DNA of 64,000 nt from positions 5,168-69,167 of the forward strand of contig JASLQF010000008.1 in the NCBI GenBank assembly GCA_030744625.1, read 5' to 3'. The notes under the pieces are model-generated. The model was given only the letters and a program-made list of their open reading frames with translations. It did not search any database and had not been told where the DNA came from. Made by a program: the position numbers and the translations under genes. Source of the stretch: Rhodospirillales bacterium. Its GTDB lineage: Bacteria; Pseudomonadota; Alphaproteobacteria; Rhodospirillales; JASLQF01. Below are positions 47,444 through 57,438 of this stretch, piece after piece. The first letter of the stretch is position 1; every line of letters starts with the position of its first letter.

Positions 47444-48301
47444 ATGGCCAAGGACAAATCGAGCGCCGCGAGTTCCGAGAACCTGGGGACGGCGCATCCC
47501 GACAAGCTCTTGCGCGTCGGGGACCCCGCCTTCCAGCGCCTTCTCGACGCCGCCGAGGCGGCGGAGCATGGGGGTGGCGCCCGCCCGCCGGCGGCGAAGG
47601 CGCAGGTGCCGGTCTCGCCACCTGCGGCCAAGGACGCCGCCGTCGAAGTCAAGCCGTGGCGCGTCGTCGGCGATTGGTTCAGCGCGTGCAGCGGTGCTCT
47701 CGGGTGCCCTTGCCTGTGGGGTGACATTCCGCCGGAGGGGTACTGCCAGCGAACCATGTGCTGGAACATCCGCGAAGGCCATTACGGTGACGTGGGGCTC
47801 GACGGCCTCGCCGTCGCCGCCGTCGGCCACCTCACCGGGAGCCCCCTGGCGATTAGCCGCAGCGTCGGCTTTCTCATCGACGAGCGCGCCGGGAAGGACC
47901 AGCGCGAGGCCCTGTACACGATTTTTTCCGGACGCGCCCGCGGCAGGTTCGCCATCGCCGCCGACCTCACGGCCGAGTGGCTCGGGGTGACGTACGTGCC
48001 GCTCTCGGTTTCCATTGCGGACGACGCCTGGAGCGCCGAGTCGCCAGGGCTTCTGAAAGCGGCCGGCGCCCCCTTCCGTGAACTCATGGTGCCCGCCGAC
48101 CAGACCTGCGAGATCATCAACCCGCCGTATCCGGAGGCCGGCCCGGGGCCGGCGACCCTGGGCCGCGCCGAGGCCCACGAGGTCGATGCCTTCGACTGCA
48201 AGTGGAACTGGTCCGGCAAGTCGTCCTTGCGCATGAGGCTGGACTTTTCCGGCCCCGGCGACTTCCGCTGGACGGCGCACCGGGCAGCGGATTATCGCTA
48301 G
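47444..48301 (+). CDS. DUF1326 protein, paralog 1, with an N-terminal extension
   Basis: 285 aa. The core from VKPWRVVGDWFSACSGALGCPC onward is DUF1326-like. It is preceded by about 70 aa containing HPDKLLRVGD and a Pro/Ala linker. Confidence 0.75.
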   Translation: MAKDKSSAASSENLGTAHPDKLLRVGDPAFQRLLDAAEAAEHGGGARPPAAKAQVPVSPPAAKDAAVEVKPWRVVGDWFSACSGALGCPCLWGDIPPEGYCQRTMCWNIREGHYGDVGLDGLAVAAVGHLTGSPLAISRSVGFLIDERAGKDQREALYTIFSGRARGRFAIAADLTAEWLGVTYVPLSVSIADDAWSAESPGLLKAAGAPFRELMVPADQTCEIINPPYPEAGPGPATLGRAEAHEVDAFDCKWNWSGKSSLRMRLDFSGPGDFRWTAHRAADYR

Positions 48302-48321
48302 GAGCTGGGGGAAGACGTCGC

Positions 48322-49242
48322 ATGGGTGATCGGAAATACGGTCTCTTCAACCTTCGCGACCTGCGCAACATGCACCCGGACAAACTGTTTCGGGCCGGGG
48401 ACGCGACCGTCCAGGACCTTATCGCCGCGGCCGGGGACGCGGTGCCGGTGGAACCGCCGCCGGCGGCCGGGCCACCGCCGGCCGTCTCGGAAGCCACGGA
48501 CGCCGGCGGCATCGACGACGAAACCCGCGTTAGGGATGTGGTCGATCCGTGGGACACCGATCCCGAGCACCCGCTCTCCGAGGTCGAGGTCAAGCCCTGG
48601 CGTATCCTCGGCGACTGGTTCGACGTCTGCAACTGTTCCTTCCTGTGTCCATGCGAGTGGGCGGAGATGCCGACCATGGGCTATTGCGAGGCGCTCATGT
48701 GCTGGCGCATCCGCGAGGGGTATTACGGCGACGTCAGGCTCGACGACATGGCCGTCGTCGGGGTCGTGCATTTCATCGGCACCGTCATGGATCAGAACCG
48801 GGAGTTCGGTTGGTGCATGCCGGAGCGCGCCACCCGCGCCCAGCGCGAGGCCCTGCGCATGATCTTCTCGGGGCGCGCCGGCGGGCGCTTCCGCCTGTGG
48901 CACGATTTCACCATCAAGACCCGCGGCGTAAAGTTCGTCCCCCTCGAGATGTCGGTGACGACGGACGAGTGGAAGGTCAAGGTCCCCGAGCTGCTGGAGG
49001 GGTTGGCCGTTCCCTTCCGCGAGCTCATGGTGCCGCGCGGCCAGGTCAGCAAGATCATCAACGTGCCGCGGCCCGAGGCGGGGCCCGGTCCGGTCATCGT
49101 CGGCCGCGCCCACAAGAACGTCTGCGACGTGTTCGGCCACAAGTGGAACTGGGATTTCAAGTCCTCCAAGATGATGCCGCTGGACTTCTCGGGGCCCGGC
49201 GACTTCTCCTGGAGGGAGCCGCACAGCGAGACCAATAGATAG
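48322..49242 (+). CDS. DUF1326 protein, paralog 2, with an N-terminal extension
   Basis: ORF 48202..49242, from MGDRKYG. Core VKPWRILGDWFDVCNCSFLCPCEW. The extension shares HPDKLFRAGD with paralog 1. Confidence 0.75.
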   Translation: MGDRKYGLFNLRDLRNMHPDKLFRAGDATVQDLIAAAGDAVPVEPPPAAGPPPAVSEATDAGGIDDETRVRDVVDPWDTDPEHPLSEVEVKPWRILGDWFDVCNCSFLCPCEWAEMPTMGYCEALMCWRIREGYYGDVRLDDMAVVGVVHFIGTVMDQNREFGWCMPERATRAQREALRMIFSGRAGGRFRLWHDFTIKTRGVKFVPLEMSVTTDEWKVKVPELLEGLAVPFRELMVPRGQVSKIINVPRPEAGPGPVIVGRAHKNVCDVFGHKWNWDFKSSKMMPLDFSGPGDFSWREPHSETNR

Positions 49243-49250
49243 GAAAGGTC

Positions 49251-50051
49251 GTGAGCGGCGGAACCATCCTCGAGGCCATGTTGAAGCGCGACCGCGTGGT
49301 CGTGTTGGCCGCCCTTGGGGTGATCGCCGGCCTGGCCTGGGCCTATATCGGATATCTGGCCTGGGACATGCAGAGCATGGACGGCGGGGGCGCGGGAGGC
49401 CTCGGCCTCGAGGCCGCGATGCCGCGTACGCAGGCGTGGACCCTGGTCGACCTGGCGACGCTGTTCGTCATGTGGTCGGTGATGATGTTGGCCATGATGC
49501 TGCCCTCGGTGTCGGACATGCTGCTCGCCTTCGCCACCATCAACCGGCGCCGCCGCGAGCGCCAGGAGCCCTATGTCGCCACCGCCGTGTTCCTGCTCGG
49601 CTACCTGGCCGTGTGGATCGGCTTCAGCGCGGTGGCCACATTGATCCAGTGGGGACTGCAGAGCGCCGCGCTGCTGTCGCCGATGATGGTCGGCACCAGC
49701 CCCGTCCTTGGCGGCGCGTTGCTCATCGCCGCCGGAATTTTCCAGTGGACTCCCTTGAAGGACGTGTGTCTCGCCCACTGCCGCTCGCCGATGGGGTTCA
49801 TCCTGTCCGATTGGCGCGAGGGCACCGGCGGCGCCGTGCTCATGGGGCTGCACCATGGCGCTTTCTGCGTCGGGTGTTGCTGGGTGCTCATGGGGTTGCT
49901 GTTCGTGGCCGGGGTGATGAACCTGCTGTGGGTCGCCGCCATTACCGTGTTCGTGGTCATCGAAAAGCTGGCGCCGCGCGGCGACATGGTGGGGCGGGTC
50001 ACGGGGGGCGCCCTGGTCGTTGCCGGCGTGGCGCTTTTGGTCCAGGCTTGA
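49251..50051 (+). CDS. DUF2182 predicted metal-binding integral membrane protein
   Basis: 266 aa; polytopic, with CLAHCRSP and HHGAFCVGCCW motifs; GTG start. Confidence 0.75.
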   Translation: MSGGTILEAMLKRDRVVVLAALGVIAGLAWAYIGYLAWDMQSMDGGGAGGLGLEAAMPRTQAWTLVDLATLFVMWSVMMLAMMLPSVSDMLLAFATINRRRRERQEPYVATAVFLLGYLAVWIGFSAVATLIQWGLQSAALLSPMMVGTSPVLGGALLIAAGIFQWTPLKDVCLAHCRSPMGFILSDWREGTGGAVLMGLHHGAFCVGCCWVLMGLLFVAGVMNLLWVAAITVFVVIEKLAPRGDMVGRVTGGALVVAGVALLVQA

Positions 50052-50377
50052 GGTGGGCGTGCAAGGGCTTTTCGGCGGGTATCGCGGCCGCTGCCATGGT
50101 GGCCGCCTCCTGCGCCACCTACGAATGGAGAAATCCCAATGTGCCGGAGCAACTTTGGCGGCGCGACGAGGCCGATTGCGTGGGCCGGGCGGCGGCCAAG
50201 GTGGAGGAGGAAGCGGCCCGCGAGGAACGCTACGGCGGCGGCGGGGCGACGGCGCGCGACGATCGCGGCACCGCCCGGGAAATCATGATGGTCCGCTTCG
50301 AGATGAAGAAACGCCAAGCCCGCCTCGTCGAGAACTGCATGAGGGCCAAGGGCTACGGCAAGGCCGAGGCCGAATGA
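50048..50377 (+). CDS. Hypothetical small lipoprotein
   Basis: End of ORF 49436..50377. A TTG at 50048 overlaps the DUF2182 stop (cTTGAgg). Lipobox VAASC. Start uncertain. Confidence 0.4.
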   Translation: MRWACKGFSAGIAAAAMVAASCATYEWRNPNVPEQLWRRDEADCVGRAAAKVEEEAAREERYGGGGATARDDRGTAREIMMVRFEMKKRQARLVENCMRAKGYGKAEAE

Positions 50378-50569
50378 GGCCGGGCGTGGTCCAAGTATTG
50401 ATAACCAGCCGGAAATCCCCAACATGGTGCCGGCGCGGCGGTGAACGCGGAAATTGTTTTAATTCGGCGCCAAATCCCCATATGAATTCCTGACATGACT
50501 TCTTGTACGTAAGGCCACCGGCCAGTTCGCGGCGGTCCTTGCAGAGTCCGGTGAGAACCGGCCGATGCC

Positions 50570-52474
50570 TTGGTGGCCGAGAGAGGATATGCGGTGAATT
50601 TGAGGCGACGATTGGAGCAGTGGTCGGTGCCGGTCGCGGTGGCCCTGGCCGGCGGAATATTGCTCTCCGACTTGTTGTTGCCTCTCGGCGTGGCGGGCGG
50701 CGTGCCTTACGTCCTGCTGGTGTTCCTGGGCTGGGTCTTTCCGGATCGCGGCGCCATTTTCGTCCTGGCGGCGGTGGCCACCATTCTCACCGCCGTCGGC
50801 TACCTGTATTCGCCGCAAGGCGGCGTCCCGTGGATGGTATTGGCCAACCGCGGGCTCGCGTTGCTGGCCATCTGGGGCACGGCCATCCCCCTCGCCCTGG
50901 TGAAGAAGATGCAGGAGGCCTTGAGGGAGAGCGGAGAGCGCTACCGCAAGTACTACCATGATACCCCGGCCATGCTGCACTCCATCGATGGCGAGGGACG
51001 GCTGGTCAGCGTCAGCGACCATTGGCTCGCCGTGATGGGTTATGAACGCGGCGAGGTGATCGGGCGCAAGACCGCGGAGTTCTTGTCCGAGGAGTCCGGC
51101 CGCCGCGCCCGCGAGTCTGTGCTGCCGGCGCTGTTGGAGATGGGCCGCGTCACCGACATTCCCTACCAGTTCGTCAAGAAGAACGGCGAGGTCATCGATA
51201 CCCTGATCTCGGCGGTCATGGAGATGGACGAAGCGGGAAAGCCGTTCCGCTCCCTCTCCGTCGTCACCGACGTCACCGAGCGCAAGCGCGCCGAGGAGGC
51301 GGTGAGCGAGAGCGAGAACCGGCTGCGCGCCGTCCTCGACAACGTCGTCGTCGGAATCATCACCATCGACCAGCGGGGCACGGTCGAATCCTTCAATCCG
51401 GTGGCCGAGCGCATGTTCGGCTATCGGGCGTCCGACGTCATCGGGCGTAACGTCAGCATGCTCATGCCCGAGCCCCATCGAAGCGAGCACGACGGCTACC
51501 TCGCCCGCTACATGAGCACCGGCGAGGCCAGGATCATCAGCCATGGCCGCGAGGTCGAAGGCCGGCGCCAGGACGGATCCACCTTTCCCCTGGAACTCGG
51601 GGTCAGCGAGGTCAACCTGAAAGGGCGGCTGATCTTCACGGGAATCGCGACCGACGTCACCGAGCGCAAGCGCGCCGAGGCGGAGCTGCGCCAGGCCCAG
51701 AGGCTCGAGGGGCTGGCCAACATGTCGGGCGGTATCGCCCACAATATCAACAATCTGCTGTTGCCCATCATCGCGCTCAGCGGCATGACCGCCAGGGAGC
51801 TTGCCGAGGGAAGCGCCGCCCGCGAGAGGATTGAAATGGTGGTCAAGGCCGGTGAAAACGCCAAGGATCTGGTGGGCCGGATCATGGCCTTCGCCCGCCA
51901 GGAGAAGCCGGGACGCGCCACCGTCGACATTTACGAGGTCGTCCACGGTGTTCTGGAGCTGCTCCCCACCATGGTGCCGCCGACGATCAATACCAAAACC
52001 CACCTCGACGAGGTGGCCGGGTCCATTCGCGCCGACGCCGCGGAAATTCAGACCGTTCTGATGAACTTGGTTTTCAACGCCGTCGATGCCATGAATGGAC
52101 AGGCCGGCGACCTCGATGTATCGCTGTCGCGTGTCTATTTAGGAGAGGAGGAAGAGGCTCCGATTCCGGGGCTCGGGACCGGCGCCTACGCGCTGATCAC
52201 AGTCGTCGATACCGGCGAGGGGATGAACGAAACCACTCTCGATCATATCTTCGAGCCGTTCTACACCACCAAGGAGGTGGGAAAGGGGACGGGGCTCGGC
52301 CTGTCCAGCGCCTACGGCATTGTCTCCGCCCACGGCGGAACCATCAGGGTCATCAGCACGCCGGGCGAAGGATCGCGGTTCTACGTCTACCTGCCGCTCG
52401 ACGATGTCAGTCTCCGACACCGCTCACGAGGTGCGCCGCCCCGCCAAGCGGCTACCACGACTACTCATTTGTGA
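50570..52474 (+). CDS. Membrane-anchored double-PAS sensor histidine kinase
   Basis: 634 aa; hydrophobic N-terminus, two PAS repeats each followed by DVTERKRAE, H-box GGIAHNINNLL, NLVFNAVDAM, DTGEGM, GTGLGLS. Start codon uncertain. Confidence 0.9.
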   Translation: MVAERGYAVNLRRRLEQWSVPVAVALAGGILLSDLLLPLGVAGGVPYVLLVFLGWVFPDRGAIFVLAAVATILTAVGYLYSPQGGVPWMVLANRGLALLAIWGTAIPLALVKKMQEALRESGERYRKYYHDTPAMLHSIDGEGRLVSVSDHWLAVMGYERGEVIGRKTAEFLSEESGRRARESVLPALLEMGRVTDIPYQFVKKNGEVIDTLISAVMEMDEAGKPFRSLSVVTDVTERKRAEEAVSESENRLRAVLDNVVVGIITIDQRGTVESFNPVAERMFGYRASDVIGRNVSMLMPEPHRSEHDGYLARYMSTGEARIISHGREVEGRRQDGSTFPLELGVSEVNLKGRLIFTGIATDVTERKRAEAELRQAQRLEGLANMSGGIAHNINNLLLPIIALSGMTARELAEGSAARERIEMVVKAGENAKDLVGRIMAFARQEKPGRATVDIYEVVHGVLELLPTMVPPTINTKTHLDEVAGSIRADAAEIQTVLMNLVFNAVDAMNGQAGDLDVSLSRVYLGEEEEAPIPGLGTGAYALITVVDTGEGMNETTLDHIFEPFYTTKEVGKGTGLGLSSAYGIVSAHGGTIRVISTPGEGSRFYVYLPLDDVSLRHRSRGAPPRQAATTTTHL

Positions 52475-52493
52475 CACATTGAGGACGACGTTC

Positions 52494-52862
52494 ATGGCAC
52501 GCATCCTGGTTATAGAAGACGAAAAAATGGCCCGTTACACGGTGCACCAGATACTCGACCGCGCCGGCCACGAGATCGAGGAAGCGGAGAACGGCGCCAT
52601 CGGGCTCGACCGGCTCGAAGCGGCGGCCTTCGACCTCGTCATCACGGATATCTTCATGCCGGTCATGGAGGGCATCGAGACCATACAGGAGATCAAGCGG
52701 CGCCACCCGGACCAGAAGATCCTCGCCATGTCGGGCGGTGGACGGACCCAGGAAATAGGCGTCCTGAGGGCGGCGCAGGCTTTTGGCGCCGTGCAGCACA
52801 TCGCCAAGCCCTTCTCGGAAGATCAATTGCTGGTCATGGTGGAGGCCAGCCTGGCGGGTTGA
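52494..52862 (+). CDS. Single-domain response regulator (CheY-like)
   Basis: Last 122 aa of ORF 52320..52862, from MARILVIEDE; DLVITDIFMPVMEG and AKPF motifs. Confidence 0.88.
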   Translation: MARILVIEDEKMARYTVHQILDRAGHEIEEAENGAIGLDRLEAAAFDLVITDIFMPVMEGIETIQEIKRRHPDQKILAMSGGGRTQEIGVLRAAQAFGAVQHIAKPFSEDQLLVMVEASLAG

Positions 52863-52889
52863 ATGAAGGGTGCGCCGCCGTGGCGTCCT

Positions 52890-53801
52890 TCAGGCGAGCA
52901 GGGCGTGGCGCACTTCCCACAGCTCGACAAACAACGGCTGGCGGATGCTTTCCGTCGCCACCTCCAGCAGGTATTCCACCCCCGACGAGCCGCCGGTGCC
53001 GGCGTCGAAGCCAATGATCCGCGACACCGTGGTCAGGTGGCGGAAGCGCCACTGGCGGAATGTGTCCTCCACGTCGACCAGCTTCTCGCCGAGTTGAAAG
53101 AGGTCCATGTGGCCCTCGGCGTCCTCGTAGACGGCCTTCCAGGCGGTGAAGACCGGCGCCGAACGCGCATAGGACTGGGAAAAGTCGCGCTGCGGCTCGA
53201 TGCCGAACTCGGGAAACCTGCTGGCCAGCAGGCTGACCGCGGCGTCATAGACGGCGGGGCCCTTCCACGCCAATTCGAGGTCTCGCGTGGCGTCCGCGTC
53301 GGCGCCGTGAATATCGAACACGTCGACCGTCGCATGGCTTCCGTCGGGCCTGAGAAAACGCCGTTGGCGCTGCTTCACGCCGAGGATGAATTCCAACATG
53401 CGGTACTGGTAGGACTGGAACCCCGAGGCGCCCTCGCGTCCGACCACGGGGCGAAACTCCTGGTATTCGTCGGGGGTGAGGGTCTGCAGGACGTCCCAGG
53501 TGTGGACCAGGGTGGTCTCGATGCGCGAGACGCGGGTCAGCATCTTGTGGGCGGCCAGGGCGTGGCCCTCGAACAGGGCGGAGGTGGCCTTGCGCAGTTC
53601 GTGGATAAGCAGCTTGAATCACAGCTCCTTGACCTGGTGTATGGTGATGAACAGAAGCTCGTCGCGTGAATCGGACTGCGGTTCCTGCGACGAAAGCAGC
53701 CGCTCCAGGCGTAGATAGCTTGCGTAGGTGTGGGGGTGCTCTGTCTCGTCGGCGGAACCGCCCATGGGCTTCTCCGGTATTCCCCGGAGAACAGGAGGCA
53801 A
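52890..53801 (-). pseudogene. kynA: Tryptophan 2,3-dioxygenase interrupted by an in-frame TGA (complement 53619..53621)
   Basis: ORFs 53619..53801 and 52890..53543 share a frame. Read-through gives YASYLRLERLLSSQ...DELLFITIHQVKEL*FKLLIHELRKA...TPDEYQEFR. The stop sits where TDOs have Trp (ELWFK). Confidence 0.8.
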
Positions 53802-53872
53802 TGGCCCGGGGAAGGTTATCGCAAGCAGTGTACCCCAACGGCGGGGCCGTCCAAAGCGGCGCGGAGACTGCC

Positions 53873-55060
53873 ATGACCATCGAAAAAGCCTTGATCCCCA
53901 AGCAGCACTTTTCCCGCTTCCTGGCCGCCCGGGAGAAAAGCGGCGCTCTGCACTTCGCCGCCCACAGCCACCACCTGTGGCCCGACGTGACGCGCGCCGC
54001 CGCCATGGCCTGTTGGGACGACGCGGCGGCGCGCCGGGACGGCAAGTGGGACCACATCTTCGGGACGGTGGTGCCCGAGGCCCAGGGCCATATCGCCCGG
54101 AGGCTTGGCTTGAGCCGGCCCGCCGACGTCGCCTTCGCCCCCAACACCCACGAGTTCGTCAACCGCCTGCTGTCCTGTATCAACGGGCCGTCTCCGCTGC
54201 GCGTGCTGAGCACGGACGGTGAGTTCCACAGCTTTCGCCGCCAGTCCCGTCGGCTCGAGGAGGCCGGGCTGATCGAGTTGATGCGCGTCCCGGTGGAGCC
54301 CTTCACGGATTTCGAGGGACGCTTCGAGGCGGCGCTGGCGGGCGGCCGGTTCGACCTCGTTTTCTTCAGTCAGGTTTTTTTCGATTCCGGGCACGCCGTC
54401 AAGGACCTGGGGCGGCTGTGCCGGGCGGCGGCCGATCCCGAGACTATGATCGTCATCGACGGCTATCACGCGTTCATGGCGCTGCCGGTCGATCTTGGCG
54501 CCATCGAGGGGCGCGCCTTTTATCTCGGCGGCGGCTACAAATACGCCATGAGCGGCGAGGGCGCGTGCTTCCTTCACGTCCCGCCGGAATGCCGCTTGCG
54601 CCCGCTCAATACCGGCTGGTACGCCGAATTCGGCGCCCTGTAAAAGACACCGGAGGATGCCGTCGCCTACGCTACCGGCGGCGCCCGCTTTTTCGGGGCG
54701 ACCTTCGATCCCTCCGGCCTTTACCGGTTGAACGCGGTGATGCGGCTTCTCGACGATCTCGGCGTCGAGGTCGCCGATATCCATGCCCACGTGATCGGCC
54801 TTCAGGAGGCCTTCCTCGACGGGCTCGGGCGGCTCGACCACCCGTTGTTCAACGCCGACAACCTTGTCGGCACGCCCGGCGAGGCTTGGCGCGGCCATTT
54901 TCTCACCTTCCGGCACGCCGACGCCGCCAAGGTGAACGAGGATCTGCGGCACCAGGGCGTGACCGCCGACGTGCGCGGCGAGCGGTTGCGGCTCGGCTTC
55001 GGGGCTTATCACGACCTCGGCGACGTGCGCGCCCTCATCCGGCACATCGCCGCGCTGTGA
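53873..55060 (+). pseudogene. kynU: Kynureninase-family PLP enzyme interrupted by an in-frame TAA (54641..54643)
   Basis: ORFs 53666..54643 (from ATG 53873) and 54728..55060 share a frame. PLP-Lys context GGGYKYAMSGEG. Read-through gives TGWYAEFGAL*KTPEDAVAYATGGARFFGATFDPSG. Confidence 0.7.
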
Positions 55061-55085
55061 GGCCTCTTCGATCCATCCAAGGCCG

Positions 55086-55118
55086 TTGACAAAATATATT
55101 TTAAACTTAAAATATATT
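55086..55118 (+). promoter_or_regulatory. Near-consensus sigma70-type promoter embedded in a pure A/T operator-like repeat
   Basis: TTGACA (55086-55091), 16 bp, TAAAAT (55108-55113). AAAATATATT occurs twice (55091-55100, 55109-55118). 12-bp palindrome AAAATATATTTT at 55091-55102. Confidence 0.55.
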
Positions 55119-55149
55119 CCGTTCCCGACGCACTAGCGAGGTTCTTGCC

Positions 55150-57438
55150 GTGAAGATCGTGTGCATCGGAGGTGGGCCGGGAGGCCTCTATTTCGCGATT
55201 TCAGCGAAACTGCGCGATCCCACCCACGACATTGTCGTGATCGAGCGCAACCGCCCCGACGACACTTTCGGCTGGGGCGTGGTGCTCTCCGACCAGACCC
55301 TGGACAACCTGCGTGCCAACGACCCGGTCAGCGCCGAGCGAATCGGCCGCGACTTCGTGCACTGGGACGACATCGACGTCCATTTCAAGGGCCGCGTCGT
55401 CACCTCGACCGGGCATGGGTTTTGCGGCATCGGCCGCCAGCGCCTGCTCAACATCCTTCAGGAGCGCGCCCGCGAGCTTGGCGTCGGGCTGCAATTCGAA
55501 ACCGAGGTGGACGGCCTGGAGCCCTATGCCGGCGCAGACCTGATCATCGCTTCCGACGGCATCAATTCCAAGGTGCGCAACGGTCACGCCGAGGTCTTCA
55601 AGCCGGATATCGACGTGCGTTCGAATAAGTTTGTCTGGCTCGGCACCCACAAGACCTTCGACGCCTTCACCTTCATCTTCGAGGAGACCGAGCACGGCTG
55701 GATCTGGGTCCACGCCTACAAGTTCGACGCCGACACCTCGACCTTCATCGTGGAGTGCACCGAGGACACTTGGCGCCGCTTTGGCTTTGACAGGCTCGAC
55801 CAGGAGGCCACGATGCGGCGCTGCGAGGAGCTGTTCGCGCGCTATCTGGACGGCCATCGGCTGATGAGCAACGCCGCCCACCCGCGTGGCTCGGCGTGGC
55901 TCAATTTCAACCGCGTGTCGTGCGAACGGTGGTTCCACGACAACGTCATTCTCTTGGGCGACGCGGCCCACACCGCGCACTTCTCCATCGGGTCGGGCAC
56001 CAAGCTCGCCTTCGAGGACGCCATTGACCTGGCCGCCGTGCTGCACTCGGGCAAGGACCGCGCCCAGGCGCTACCCGAATACCAGGAGAAGCGCCGCCTC
56101 GAGGGGTTGCGGTTGCAGAGTGCGGCGCGCAATTCTACCGAATGGTTCGAGAACCTGGACCGCTACCTGGGCCAGGAGCCGCTGCAGTTCGCTTACTCGC
56201 TGTTGACCCGCAGCCAGCGCATCAGCCACGAGGAACTGCGTCTGCGCGACAAGGCGTGGCTCGAGGGCGCCGAGGGCTGGTTCGCCGAGCGCGCCTTGGG
56301 TAGGCCGACGCAACTGCACACGCCCCCCATGTTCACACCGTTTCGGCTGCGCGGCATGGACCTCGTCAACCGCGTCGTGGTTTCGCCCATGTCCATGTAC
56401 AGCGCCCGGGACGGCACGCCGGGCGACTTCCATCTGGTGCACTACGGCAGCCGCGCCCAGGGCGGCGCCGGGCTCGTCTTCACGGAGATGACCAACGTCA
56501 GCCGCGACGGGCGCATCACGCCCGGGTGCGCCGGTATGTACAGCGAAGCGCACGTCGCGGCGTGGGCGCGCATCGTCGATTTCGTGCACGCCGGGAGCGA
56601 CGCCAAGATCGGGCTCCAGCTCGGCCACGCCGGTCCCAAGGGATCGACCCAGCCGGGTTGGGAGGAGATGGAAGCGCCGCTCGCCGAGGGCAACTGGGAA
56701 ATCGTCGGCCCCAGCCCCGTCCCCTGGTCGTCCCGCAACCAGGTACCCCGCGCCATGGACCGCGGCGACATGGATCGCGTCAAGGCCGAGTACGTGCGCG
56801 CCGCCGAGATGGCCGAGAGCTGCGGCTTCGACATGCTGGAGCTGCACTACGCCCACGGCTACCTGATGTCCTCCTTCATCACGCCCTTGATGAACAAGCG
56901 CACCGACGAATTCGGCGGCGGTCTCGAAAACCGGCTGCGCTATCCGCTCGAAGTGTTCGCCGCGGTGCGCGCCGCGTGGCCCACGGACAAGCCCATGTCG
57001 GTGCGCATCTCCTCGAACGACTGGGTCGGCGACCTCGGCATCGCGCCCCGCGACTCGGTGAAGATCGCCAGGGCCCTGAAGGAGGCCGGGGTGGACATCG
57101 TCGACGTCTCGGCGGGCCAGACCTCGGTCGACGCCCGGCCGGTCTACGGGCGCATGTTTCAGACGCCGTTCTCCGACCGCATCCGCAACGAGGTCGGCAT
57201 CCCGACCATGGCGGTCGGCAACATCTACGAGATCGACCACGTCAACTCGATCCTGATGGCCGGGCGCGCCGACCTTTGCTGTCTGGCCCGGCCCCACCTG
57301 TCGGACCCCTATTGGACGCTGCGCGCCGCCGCCGAGCAGAACTACGGCGCCGTCGACTGGCCCAGGCAGTATTTCAGCGGTAAGGAACAGCTGGAGCGGC
57401 TGGCCGGGCGCGCGCGGGAGATGGTGAACCTTGTCTGA
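55150..57438 (+). CDS. Bifunctional FAD monooxygenase / OYE-type reductase: 2-aminobenzoyl-CoA monooxygenase/reductase-like (or salicylyl-CoA hydroxylase-like)
   Basis: 762 aa; N-terminal IGGGPGGLY flavin monooxygenase half and C-terminal old-yellow-enzyme half ([15 protein letters not shown]); GTG start. Confidence 0.8.
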   Translation: MKIVCIGGGPGGLYFAISAKLRDPTHDIVVIERNRPDDTFGWGVVLSDQTLDNLRANDPVSAERIGRDFVHWDDIDVHFKGRVVTSTGHGFCGIGRQRLLNILQERARELGVGLQFETEVDGLEPYAGADLIIASDGINSKVRNGHAEVFKPDIDVRSNKFVWLGTHKTFDAFTFIFEETEHGWIWVHAYKFDADTSTFIVECTEDTWRRFGFDRLDQEATMRRCEELFARYLDGHRLMSNAAHPRGSAWLNFNRVSCERWFHDNVILLGDAAHTAHFSIGSGTKLAFEDAIDLAAVLHSGKDRAQALPEYQEKRRLEGLRLQSAARNSTEWFENLDRYLGQEPLQFAYSLLTRSQRISHEELRLRDKAWLEGAEGWFAERALGRPTQLHTPPMFTPFRLRGMDLVNRVVVSPMSMYSARDGTPGDFHLVHYGSRAQGGAGLVFTEMTNVSRDGRITPGCAGMYSEAHVAAWARIVDFVHAGSDAKIGLQLGHAGPKGSTQPGWEEMEAPLAEGNWEIVGPSPVPWSSRNQVPRAMDRGDMDRVKAEYVRAAEMAESCGFDMLELHYAHGYLMSSFITPLMNKRTDEFGGGLENRLRYPLEVFAAVRAAWPTDKPMSVRISSNDWVGDLGIAPRDSVKIARALKEAGVDIVDVSAGQTSVDARPVYGRMFQTPFSDRIRNEVGIPTMAVGNIYEIDHVNSILMAGRADLCCLARPHLSDPYWTLRAAAEQNYGAVDWPRQYFSGKEQLERLAGRAREMVNLV

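Noticed and set aside
53619-53621. TGA-as-Trp genetic code (table 4) or selenocysteine at the kynA stop.
   Set aside because: TGA terminates many well-supported genes in this window at family-typical lengths. Trp, not Cys/Sec, is the conserved residue here, and no SECIS-like hairpin follows.
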